The notes under the pieces were generated by a model. That model was not told where the DNA came from and did no database searches. It saw only the letters and a list, made by a program, of their open reading frames with translations. A stretch of 64,000 nucleotides of DNA from Adineta vaga (lineage: Eukaryota > Animalia > Rotifera). The position numbers were made by a program, and so were the translations under genes. The DNA lies in assembly GCA_021613535.1 (NCBI GenBank), contig CP075492.1, positions 20,088,001-20,152,000 on the forward strand, read 5' to 3'. Positions 51,960-64,000 of this stretch are shown here, in pieces. How positions within the stretch are numbered: the first letter of the stretch is position 1; each line of letters opens with the position of its first letter.

Positions 51960-52870
51960 TACATGTTGGTCATTATTAAATGCAGTGATTGAAGAATAGC
52001 ATTATGAAAGTATCGATTTGATGAATGAGGAAGAACTTTTTTTGTTTAGTTGATTCGAGAGAATAAGCACGTTGAGGGTGATGTGAGAAAAGTTGATCAA
52101 ATGGAAATGATGAATGCGTTGAGACAAGCTCTTTTATACTCGAAAATGGACTATGAGTCACTGTTAGGATTACAGGTTATTTATCGTTCTATGGACATTT
52201 CCATAATTCTCTTCTTTCGTTCTTTCCCTTCTATGTATATGACGTTTGACACTATAATATGCGTATAGCTGGGACTTTTTTCTCTATAGTTCTTAGTATG
52301 TTGGTTTTTTCCCATTGATCGACAATATATATATATGTCATCTCAGGAGAGAGTGCAAGGAAACAAGTGACATTCTAAGTGGTCCCCTTGTTAGCGATGA
52401 TTCATGACTGTCAACGACTGGAATTGGCATAGATGCAACAGCGTATTTTAAGCCCAAAGTGTAAAAGTATGTTCACAGAGATGAAAGTAGTTGAAAGTAC
52501 CTCGAATAATAATACATGTTGGTCAAGTACCCTTAAATACGCAGTATGAATGCCATTATGAAAGTTCGATTTGATGAATAAAACCTTTTGTTTGGTTGCG
52601 TTGAATAAGCACGTTGTTGATCTAAAGTTGATCAAATGAAATGATGAATGCGTTAGGCAAAGCTCAATACTCGAAATAAATGAACTATGAGTCACTGTTA
52701 GGATACAGGTTATTGTTCATGGACATTTCCATACGGTTCTTTTTCTATATGTATATGACGTTTGACATATGTATAAACTGGGATATAGTTCATTAGTATG
52801 TTGGTTTTCCTTTGATCCGGAAATATATATAATGTCTTTAACACAGAGGAAACAAGTGACATTCTAGTGA
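51960..52870. repeat. Diverged direct duplication (~51960-52385 and ~52510-52870)
   Basis: Shared blocks acatgttggtca, gttgatcaaatg, actatgagtcactgttaggat and ggaaacaagtgacattcta. Confidence 0.8.
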
Positions 52871-53665
52871 TCACTTTGACGAATTATTCAGATGAACCAG
52901 CACATGATTTGTTTGACAGTAAGCTTTTGATGTTTCAAAGTGTAAAGTAGTTCATTTTAGATTGTTAGTTGAGAAATTGCAAGCATCAGAGTACGCGTAC
53001 CATCGAATTCTGATTTCGTTGAATTTGAATCCTACTCATCTAACTGTGTTGCGTTAAAAGTGTGATGATCTAACTTTCATCAAAGAATAGTGTAAGAATC
53101 ATAGATTTAATAAATCATCATCTTCATTTTTTCTTTATTGTTCTTCATTTCTTCGTGTATACGACACGGTTAATTGATTTCATCAAATGCATCTAATATT
53201 GGTTTGTTCGATATCTAATGTATCAAATTTCATCTAATTGAGAAAACGATGTGGACAAATAATTTTCATCTTTACGTTTGTGTTTGTGATGTAATGGAAA
53301 AGATAACTCTTGTTTTGATGAATTGTATTTGGGCGTGACCAACTGTTAGGATACCCCAATACTCATTCATTCATGTAGGTTCAAACTATCTATCAGAAAA
53401 ACGTGATTTTTCTATCACTTATACCATTTGTCGAATGCTATTGATCTGTAACTATTCGAGACACAGATATTGGTAAAAATGAGGATTACTAAGGACATCC
53501 TTATGATTAATGGTAAACATGCCTCACCTCGTATTTGTTAACGTACACCATTCTTCACTAGATATTTGTGACAACATTAGAAAGCGATAGGTTTCATTAT
53601 TAAAGTAATTAATCAGAAAATACAAGTTATGATTGTATTCATCTACGAATAGGATGTTTTATTAA

Positions 53666-55447
53666 CACATTCACCACGAATTCGTTTTTCTCGAAAGAAA
53701 GTGTTCAAAATATCTATACCTGTCAGTTGGTAACTTCTAATAAATGCACGAAGTGACCTTTTCACTATCCTCTATGGGTTATTCATCATTCTCCTCTTCG
53801 TATAACCACATGCCATGAGTCAGAGGCTTTGACTCAGAGCGAAAATTTTGGTTTTTTCCTACTTATGTTTGTATCTGTGATTTTGCCTATAAAAGCAGCC
53901 GAACTTTTCGAGTTATTTACATGTCGTTCGAAGAAACCGATACAGACAAGAGTGCTGGTTCACTTAGTGACCTAAGTTTGTTGAATGATGATCTGGATAG
54001 GAATGCACGTTGATATTGAAAGCTCCGTCGAAGAAGTAACTTCTGCTTCGGAAGATCATATGGTCAACCCTCTCGATTGTTTATCGACATTTTCATCACG
54101 GACGAAATTATCGATCTTATGGTTCGTGAGACTAATCGATATGCAGAACAATACTTACGAGCCCATCAGATTAGCAGACGGTCCAAATATCGTCAATGGA
54201 TACCAACCACTCGTGAAGAAATATTCAAGTACTTTGAGATTATTATTGAGATGGGTTTAGTGCCAATGCCGCAGCTGAATCACTACTGGAGCAGTAGTCA
54301 GTTGTACGGATTAGAGATTATTCGAAAGACTATGTCGAGAGAGAGAGAGAGATTCGAACTACTCCTCAACTTTTTGGCATTTTTTCGAACAACAATAAGG
54401 AGAACTCAAATGAGGACAGGCTGATCAAGTTGAAACCACTCTCGGATCTACTGAAAGAGAGATTTTCATCAGTATATATGCCTGGCTCAGTCATTAGTAT
54501 TGACGAAACAATGATACCATGGCGAGACAGACTTTTATTCAGGCAATATATACCTGGTAAAGCGCACAAGTATGGTATAAAGATGTACAAATTATCGGCT
54601 ACCAACGGAATACACTTGGAATTATGTAATCTATACTAGTGAGCAAGATTCAACGGCAGGTGTCGGACATGCTCAAACAGTAGTAATGAAACTACTAGAT
54701 GGTCTTGATGGATGTTATCGAACCGTCGTTAGCTGATAATTTCTATACCACTATTTCTCTTGCAAAATATTTGTTGGAACATGATACTTATCTCATTGGT
54801 ACACTACGAAGTAATCGTGTTGGATCAGGAAATAAAGTTCTTGAAGAAAACATTAGTCGTGGAGAGATTGATGGACTTCAGAATAAAGATGGAATTCAAT
54901 TAATCAGTGGAAAGACAAAAACGATGTCTTGATAATATCTGCAAGACGGTCACATTCAGCAAGTGTAGTAGACAGTGGAAAAACAAATTTTCAAAATGAG
55001 CGCATTATGAAGCCTCAAGTTGTATTAGATTACAACGAAGGAAGACAAGGGACTGATTTATCTGATCAACTATCAGCATATTACACGTGTCTCAGAAAGT
55101 CAATCGAAGCGCAAACTCGCTGATCACATGTTCGAAGAAAAAGAAGGATCTGCTCGCGATGTCCGAAGACGCTGTGCTGACTGCTATGAGAAAACCAGCC
55201 GACAACAACAATCAAGAGAAGCCGGTCATGCGGCTGCAAAGAAAGTAAAAACCTTTTGTGTCTTGATTGTTTTAATGAAAAGCATCGCACTATTCAATAA
55301 ATGATTAAATAGTATCGAAGGCAGAACTAATGACACATGATATGTGGTCTTTAACTATGAAAAAAATATGAAAAGAAGCATTTTCCTATTGAGTTCATTG
55401 TTAATAAAACGTGGGACCCACCGGTGGGTCCCATCGTAGTGAATGTG
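53666..55447 (+). mobile_element. piggyBac-like element 3, relative of element 2, internally deleted
   Basis: TTAA on both sides; TIR cacattcac(c/t)acga. IDETM, ADNFYT and TDLSDQ. Frameshifts and deletions. Confidence 0.9.
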
Positions 55448-57195
55448 TTAAGATGTACGAACAAAATTTTTACTTTCCTCTCTCTCTCGCCAAGAGTGTG
55501 CCTTGTTCTGTTATGTACTGAAAATGCACTTGATACCCTATAATAGACTGATCTATCTCATTAGTTTGATTTATGAATGAACTACGAGTTTAAATATATC
55601 AGTTAAACAACACATTGCAAGCATTGCTCATTGTGTAATATGAAACATAAAGAATGCAGCTGATTATATTATAATAATGTAATGAATTATCTACATATAT
55701 ACACATGTATCGAATATGACAACGGCATAATCGTAAATAGAGATAAATTGATTAAATATAAAAATAGCATATACGTCATCGATGTACAATAGATATAAAA
55801 ATTTTATCCATACTTCTAGTAAATTAGATAACGAACTTTATCTTAACAGCGATTATATATTGAAACTTTACTAAAGAAGATAGTATTTCTGATGAAAAAA
55901 ATGATCATCTATATCACATATCACAAACTGAGTATATTGATGATATCAATTCTCTTTCAATAAGCGTTATAATAATTTTATATTAGAGAAGGTATTAGCT
56001 CCTTTCCTTTATAAGATACTTGAATTTAACAAATCTATCAAAATTATGATGATATTAGATATTAAATTATTTTTCCTAAATTAAGAAAAAATAACTTTAT
56101 TCTTTATTTTAACTTTATTTTGCAAATAAAGTTTTATCTTTATCTTTATTTTATAAATATAAAGATTTTCTTTATCTTTATTTTTTAAAGAATAAAGATA
56201 ATCATTACTTTAAAAATAAAGATAAAAAATAAAGAAAAATCTTTATTCTTTATAAAATAAAGATAAAGATTTGTCGTTACTTTATACTTTATTTAAAGAA
56301 AAATAAAAATAAAGTAACACCCCTACTTCGCACAGAATCACGAAAAATCTTATCTCTTTGAGAGCACAAGACCCCGTTAGACCCCATAGACTCCAAAGAT
56401 CCCAAAGACTCCATAGACATCATAGACCACTACAGTTATAATGTCACTTAATATTAATTGTTTGCAAATTCATTTACTTTAAAAGTAAATGATTTTGCTA
56501 CAAAATCATATTCCCCATCATATGTTCCATTCGTAATGAGAATTATTTTTCGACATTATATTTTCGAGATTTTTTCTTTTCGAGATTATGTCAGTAATTC
56601 AACGATTTTAGGTAAAGTTGATTACATATATATATATATGCACTATGACGAACGAGGCGAAAGTTGTCCAACTTCTCCACCAATTGTGAGGTACTCGAGA
56701 TGGGAATGTGACTAAAACTCTAACCTCCGATATCTACGAAAGGCCAGAACTACAATGATCGAGAAATCTCACCAAAAATATAAAGTAATAATCCTACCAG
56801 ACACAGTAATAAAGAATAGAAGATAAGTGATGCTGATGACCACGTTTATTTGGGGATAAACAAAGACAGAAAAAAATAATAACAATAACCGAGATGAAAA
56901 TAGAAAAACATCTCTATATGTATAACGAGACGTAGAGAGAGAAAATAAAGTAAAAATGAAAAATAATAACACGATGGAAAGAGATGAAAACGAAAGAGAA
57001 GACATAACAAAGAAGATCATCATGAAAACATGATGATCAAGAGAGAGCTACAATCCAAAAGAAAGAAAGAAAACGTGTATGTATTGACTAAAATGAAGTA
57101 TAGAAGAGGAAAGAAAAGAAAACACATATACAAGTATGTGTACAAGATAGCGTCATAAAGTAACAACCGTTGACGCTAACATAGTCAATCACTTC

Positions 57196-58294
57196 CTAAC
57201 AGTATGCAACCACCGTTTGTAATGAAATCGGTTGTATTTGTAGGTAACCGAACGCAATAAGAACATCTTCTTCGTCCGAGTCCGACTTGTATAAACTGGA
57301 CTCATATGACGATGATCTTCTTAATTTTCGTTCGTACGGAATCAATTTTCTGTCTCCTCTTCTTCCCAAGATTTTTTCAAAACCTGGACCTTCAAAATAG
57401 TATCCCGGCTCCAGTCTTTTCATCATGGTAGCAAATTTCTTCAGTTGCTCTTTGAAACCTATATAAAACAAAAAGAGTAGGTTCGTTAGAGCATTTCGAT
57501 TATGGTTGACATCTTATTGTTCAAAATATGATATATCAGAACAAAACCGAAAATTTATACAGGTGTTTGCAAAAAAACTTGAGAAAAAATTCTTTTTTCT
57601 TAATAGTCATTTCTCTACCATTAAAAGTGATTTCAGATGTGATTTATTTGGGAATTAGCCCTTGACAGATGTAATACTTATTGCGTATGTAGATGTGCAA
57701 ATTTCTTTCATTTAGATATATATTCACTCAACTAAACTGCTCACGACTGACTTGGAAAATCATGATACTCTGCTTTTGTCTTTTTTTGAAACAAGAGTCT
57801 GTGATCTGTTTCCCTAACTCATTATGATTTAGGGATTTCATCACGTACTATATAGTGAAACATTGACCAATCAAAATGATTAGGTTATTACTAACATATC
57901 GAAGTTCACTGCAAAAAAGCAGACAATGATATACTTGTAAAACAGGTTTATGGCACTTAAATCAGCTTATCAATGTGATGTACCCACTGATAAATCCTTT
58001 TTCCGTTTATAACTATACGAGTGTTTGTCCCTGGTTACCAACGGATGTATCATTGTATTATTTTCTTCGTTCTTAGGATCTTTTTTCATACTTACATAAC
58101 ATCAATCTACAAATACCCGGTTTAGTATCAAGTGTCATGAACCCTTGAATAAAGATTGATTCTGTTTGTGACGGGTCCATGACTCACATGTCTTTCAAAT
58201 CACTTTCATTCTTGTTATCGCCTATACATCTTTTCCAGGCACTACTCGTTTGTTAAAATGATATCATAAGATATCTTCTCGTCCATCTCTTTGT

Positions 58295-58341
<47 letters not shown>

Positions 58342-59365
58342 CCTGTCACTTTTACTTACGAGAGATTCTTCTTCTCGTTCTTTTTTTCGTCTTTTCTTTC
58401 TTTCATTGATAACATAAGATAAACTAAGGGATAAATCCTAACACTGTTGATCTATGGAAAAGAGTTTAAGAACGAATACAGGAATATATTTGCTTATAAC
58501 GAGCATTAAATTCTCGCGGAGGTATAAGCGAGAAAAAGATTTATCAGAGCATACACCACATTCATACGCTGATTTAAGCGTCATGAGCCTCTTTTGAGGA
58601 TATTTCATCCTCTGTTTAGTTTTTTTCATCGTAGAAAAAATCTTACTGGTCACAACAAAGACCATGAACAAAGGTTGATGCGCTTTGCTTATTTTTAGCC
58701 GAAAAATGCATCAATCTTGACATTAGCTTTGAGAACAATAATGGCATGTTGATGAGAAAATGATGTTTGTCTCTTATGAATGATAAAAGCCAAAAACGCA
58801 GACAGTCGAAAGAAACATTTCGCTTAGCTTTTGCGCATTAAATCATGCAAATGATTCTGCTTAGTCTATTCGATTCTCCATAACCTTTCTACTTTTCGAA
58901 CTTATGATGCTCAAAGTAAAATGACTTCTTTGACTGGAATGTTCCCTCTAGACTATTCTTACCTGAATTGATAGAAACCACCGGTCGTTTTCTCTTTAAA
59001 TATTCGTAAGCTGCGCTAAAACTCCATCGATTTTTTCTAATTAAAAACATCATGACAATCGTTGGACTTCGACTGATGCCAGCACGACAGTGGACGAATA
59101 TTTTTGGCTTGGAATACTGACTCATTGCATTGGTAAGGAAATCATAGCATATTCCAAACTGTGACATCAGATCTTCTTCAGGGTGATCTTCGGCTTCGAT
59201 GAATAAATGCTCTTGTACAATACGATCGTTTGGCAAACTCGATTTGTCACTAAGGACACTGATAACATGAGTGAAGGATCTGGGCAGGTGAACCAGTGCG
59301 TCGAGATTGCCCAGATAGATTATCTCATCGATTTTGTCCATATTACGGTGGGATCCCGGTGACAT
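57196..59365 (-). CDS. Atypical dual-specificity protein phosphatase, exons 59365-58963 and 57458-57196
   Basis: IYLGN, AED general-acid loop, VHCRAGISRSPT (HCX5R) and AYEYLKRKRP. A ~1.5-kb GT-AG intron joins INSG to FKEQL, completing the NxGFxxQL motif. Confidence 0.88.
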
Positions 59366-60609
59366 TTTTAGATGAAACGATGAAGATCTGAAATGTGAAT
59401 AATGCAGCTAAGTAGCGGTGGCGCCAATGGGAGAGGGGGAGGGGGGGCGAAGAGAGGGCTGAGCCCCTTTCTCCGGAATTTTTTTAGCTCTTTTAAACTC
59501 TTGTAAAGAGTTTTGAAGCAATCGTTGATTCTTATACGGAAGAACTGTGTCGAGTAAGGGCAGTTTCAACTAAAACAGTTTTATTAGGTTTTTTTTGTTG
59601 GCTGCTTAAACAGTCTACTACAATTGAAGTTACTATGTTTGCCTTTTTCTTGATGAAAAACTAGCTTGAAATTGAAAGACAAATTCCGAGAAACGTCACA
59701 TTATTGAGTGTTATTTCGTCTCTTCTCATAAAAAACCGCGCATTGATGAACAACAAATGGGTCCAAATGTGGTCATCGCCTTTTCACTACTGATACCCGA
59801 ATCTCTGCATCCTACCATCGCCACTACTGCTTCATGTTCTGAGGATCAAACAATATTCTATTCTATTTCTTATACATCGTCTTTATCTCGCCAATTCCGT
59901 TGATTTCAACGAGAATTTCGAAGCTACATCTATTCCAAATGACATTGATACATCGGGCACTACAGAAGTTTTCTCGCTCGCCACAACGAAACTAGTAAAT
60001 TCTCTCGTATAAGTCTTATTTTGACTGAAGAGTGTCGCAAGATGCTCTTTGAGTTCTTTGTTAATCGAACTATCGAAATATCCTCAGTCTTATTATAATT
60101 CTTTCAGAAAAGGGTCAGCGAATCTAAAGGATGACCGCTAGTTGTTTTTACAACCTTACCTTATCCACACTAGATTACAGTAATACCAAATAATAACAAT
60201 ACGCTGTTTGTCAGTATATATATATATATATATATATATGAAAGACATGTCGAAACGAAAGGGAAAGAACCACAGTAAATAGTCCTAGTCTCTCTCTTTG
60301 AATTAATCACCTGATGGCCTTGCTCATGACTAATGTTATGTTAACGAATGGGAAGAATCTATCTCCAAAAAGGAAATTACCTATTGTGATTCGAACAAGG
60401 CCAATATCACCACTCTCTTTTTCCAGATAACTTATTGTTATAGCGTAACTCACTTATGTTGGTTATTTCTTTCCTTTATTCTACTAGCGAATAAAAGAAG
60501 CGTATGGCGTGTTTGGAAAAATAAACCATTCAACCCGTCATGATATATGGTTCTTTCCATTCTCTCCATGGTCACATATACATATATGTCATAGGCAAAA
60601 TTAAACTTA

Positions 60610-63119
60610 CGAGGGAGGTACCCGAAGTGTTTAATCGCTTTAGAGTCTATACTTTGGGCATATCGAGGTGACGTATAGATAACAACAACCCTAAAAGGAT
60701 TTGGGCCCATGTCTCTTTTAGCCTGAGATATTCAAGTTTCAAGTTTCAAGTTTCATACGATAAAAGGAATTTTAATCCTATACTATGTATATTGTAAAAC
60801 AAAAATAAGCTGTAAGTAGGAAATTCTATGATGAACTGGTTGCATCGCTAGAAATTAACTATAAAATTCAGAGTTTTTTTTTCATTTCTGTTAATCAGAA
60901 TTATTTTCTTGGAAGCCTCGTAGTCGATGAACCGTCTATTTTAATAAAAGTCATTTCTAAGAAATCTGTGGTATCACACTAGAAAAGGCCGATATCTATT
61001 TATGATAGTGGTAAGCTTCAAAGAAATGTTCGAAGCAGAGTAGTTTTTGACAATGGCTGCATTGAATAAAGCATAACGAGTGACAGCTCGAATGTTGACA
61101 AACATCAGCAGCAATGTTGAAGCAAACTTCATTGACAGACTTAAAACTTCCTGGATCCTGATCAGCATACCATGATGCAAACCATGCATACTTGATCATA
61201 GGTACAAATTGAGACGACGACACCTGATTATGAATAACAGAATTCAATTGTACTATATTGTTTCGTTCAGACAAGTTGATGGCGATGTCATCAAGTTGAA
61301 CGTGATCGAATATACGTCGAGTGAATACCTTCCATTGTCTGTTAAAATAGACATCAAGTGGTTGAATGCCTGACGTAGTATGAGCTGGTATCTCTAATCT
61401 CTTACATCCTTGAACAGCGGAGTATATCTTTGAGTCTCATTGACCCGGCCAGTAGTCCGAGATTAGAAGAGAATTTGATGAAGCAAATGGGCGAAGAACG
61501 TGATCTCGCCAATATTCTATCAAAGAGCCAGTGAGTTTTCCTGAAGAACTACACGTTACAACCACGTTTGGGGCATCAAATAGTTTCTTTTTGATATCTA
61601 GTAAAAACAACGTTCGCATATTATAGAAGAAAAGATTAAAGTTAACTCACTATCGCTCACCTTTGCCTTTGGTTCCCTTAAGCAAATAAAGACAGGACCG
61701 AGAAGTTGACCGGCAAGAGTTATTATTGGTTGAATGGTGTAAGAATGTGTTGTCGCATTCTTTGATTTTACGCGTGCTATAGTAACATCTTCACCTTTAT
61801 GCGACAGAGTTCTTGTCGAGTGTATCTCTAGCTCGATGCCAGCCTGATCAGTATTAAGAATTTCTTCAGGTGTGTAATGACTCATTTCTTGTTTCACTTT
61901 TGCTACAAAGGAATCGGCAGACGCGTCTATAGTATCAGAATCAGTTATTTGATGACGGGTCATTATTTTCGTAGATTTTCTCGAACAAATATTATGACGA
62001 TGTTTAAAAGACTCTAGCCAGTGTTTCGATGCTTTAAAATCTAGAACCGAATCTTTAGCAGCTTTTTGAAGGGCTCACCGTTTCAAATCGTGGTCGTGAA
62101 CAGAAAAAACATTTTCGCGATCTTCTTCGAATTTGTCGTATACAAAATTATCTATAGTTTGTATTTTCTCTCGTCTTGTACCATGTTGTTCAATGTAATG
62201 ACGAAAACGAGAAATACACTGCTGGCAAGGAACAGCCTTAAATTGATGCTTTGCTGATTTCCATGTATGTTTCTTTCTTCCATTTGAGTCGCAAGCATTA
62301 TAGTAATCAATGACCTTTTTCATATATTCCAAGGTAAAGTTCATTTGGTTGGGCGAACTCTCAGTATTTTCAGTTTCATCGAAATCTCGGTCCATATTTT
62401 CATCTTCGGAATCACTAAATGCGTCGTCGTCATCGAAATCGAGTGTTGTTTCTGATTCAACTTCAAACGATATGCATCGTTAACGCTGTCAATTATTTCT
62501 AATAGGGAACGCACGATTTTCTCTTCGAATGGATTTGCTCGTAAGCTTCGACGATCCGGTTCTTCACGCTCAGTAATTCGGTTCATCAAGAGTTTCGCTA
62601 TTTTTCTAGCATCACTCATAGTTTTAGTTATGTAAAAATGCAACGAACGAACAGTTTGATAAAAATACTTCTTTCGATTAACAAATATCACACGGTAGCA
62701 CATGTTCTTTATATCGAACTTTTGATTATTATCATTTTCAAGACAACGTGAAAGAATGCGTATGATATGCATCTGCTGTATATCCTTTATGAGTTATCGT
62801 GTTCGTAATAGTGAGTAATACGATACAAAAAGCTTCTCTGATCAACAGAAATGAAAAAAAAACTCTGAATTTTATAGTTAATTTCTAGCGATGCAACCAG
62901 TTCATCATAGAATTTCCTACTTACAGCTTATTTTTGTTTTACAATATACATAGTATAGGATTAAAATTCCTTTTATCGTATGAAACTTGAAACTTGAATA
63001 TCTCAGGCTAAAAGAGACATGGGCCCAAATCCTTTTAGGGTTGTTGTTATCTATACGTCACCTCGATATGCCCAAAGTATAGACTCTAAAGCGATTAAAC
63101 ACTTCGGGTACCTCCCTCG
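60610..63119 (-). mobile_element. pogo-like transposon, right-arm copy
   Basis: Mirror of 26288-28774 with the same internal stops. Confidence 0.88.
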
Positions 63120-63258
63120 TCAGTCGTGTTTCTCTTTATCCATTGTAAGATGATATCATTAGATATCATCTCGTCTACCGCTTTGTCTTTCTCTCTGTAT
63201 ATAAACATGTGTGAATTTCCATCTTGTGGTCGGTCTCTTCCTTTCGTCTTCTCTCTTT

Positions 63259-63296
<38 letters not shown>

Positions 63297-63623
63297 TAAC
63301 TTGTGTTTGATTTACGAATAAAGAACCGCATCGAACATTATTTCTTTTTCTTTCCCTTCTCTCACGTTCAGGGATAAATCCCTAACCATGAGTAATACGC
63401 TGGTTTTTACAAAGTATACAACTACATTAGGTGAAGAATATATAAATACTACGACTTTCTATTTATTTAAATTCATACTAACTAAAGTGTTTTAGACATC
63501 GACAAGCTAACCATCAGAAAAGGTAATATATTTACAAAACTTTTTATGTGGAAAAAAGGAGACATTGAAGTGAAGATGAGGATGAGAAGAATATTGATTT
63601 ATTATTTTATTTAGATACTGAAA

Positions 63624-63815
63624 ATGAACTTCGTTCTTCGAAATATCATACTAATTCTATTAATTGGATCTATAGCAGTTGCAAATGCCGGTCCAGCAGC
63701 ATATTCATCATGTATGGCAGCATGCACGGCAGGTGCCTCGTTTTGGGGAGTGACACTAGGCACTGCAGGCTGTTCGAGAATATGTGCACCGCTTTTATCA
63801 GCTCCAACACCATGA
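63624..63815 (+). CDS. Small secreted Cys-rich peptide (GPxAYxxC...C...APTP type)
   Basis: Hydrophobic signal peptide ending ANA, then GPAAYSSCMAAC...CSRIC and C-terminal APTP; aataaa downstream. Confidence 0.75.
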   Translation: MNFVLRNIILILLIGSIAVANAGPAAYSSCMAACTAGASFWGVTLGTAGCSRICAPLLSAPTP

Positions 63816-64000
63816 TGACTTTTTGGTAACTCAGACAATACTTTCAATATATCTTTATATAAAAGATTAATCGAGAAGAAGAACACATGTTGTTTTAAGA
63901 TTTTTATTTATTTGTTTAATAAATCACGAAATGTATATTGGAATTTACTGGTATTTAAAAATGAATATGCAAAATCACAACAGTAAAGACAGGAGGATAG

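Larger units (their letters stand above)
56522..63941. repeat. Right arm of ~7.3 kb inverted duplication
   Basis: Reverse complement of 25504-32840. Confidence 0.95.

Noticed and set aside
56080-56325. AT-rich quasi-palindrome ending in gtaacaccccta, possible hAT end
   Set aside because: Low complexity and no second terminus identified.
25490-63955. Target-site duplication flanking the large inverted repeat
   Set aside because: Flanks atgaaccatcg and aatttactggt do not match, so a giant transposon is unproven.

Overview
AT-rich eukaryotic DNA with short GT-AG introns. The gene families and TGTGGG/TGAGGG repeats fit a bdelloid rotifer best (inference). Positions 1-23 kb are gene-rich: a repeat membrane protein, a class A GPCR, an Apa1/2-type Ap4A phosphorylase, two ADP-ribosyltransferases, SnoaL, VWA, and F-box/TPR/kelch/archaemetzincin fragments. 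About 13 short hairpins made of telomere-like repeats (TTGAGGGTGTGGGTG-variable loop-CACCCACACCCTCAA) cut this region into roughly one-gene segments, and most sit just past a stop codon or at the broken end of a gene fragment. This cassette-like layout is the main candidate for an undescribed system. Positions 25.5-63.9 kb form a large palindrome. Its two ~7.3 kb inverted arms each carry a secreted Cys peptide gene, a pogo element and a DUSP gene. The ~23.7 kb spacer is a transposon pile-up: a MULE with a nested mariner MITE and a DINE-1-like element, a Helitron Rep-helicase, three piggyBacs and foldback repeats. Many single-base frameshifts fall in homopolymers and may be long-read errors.
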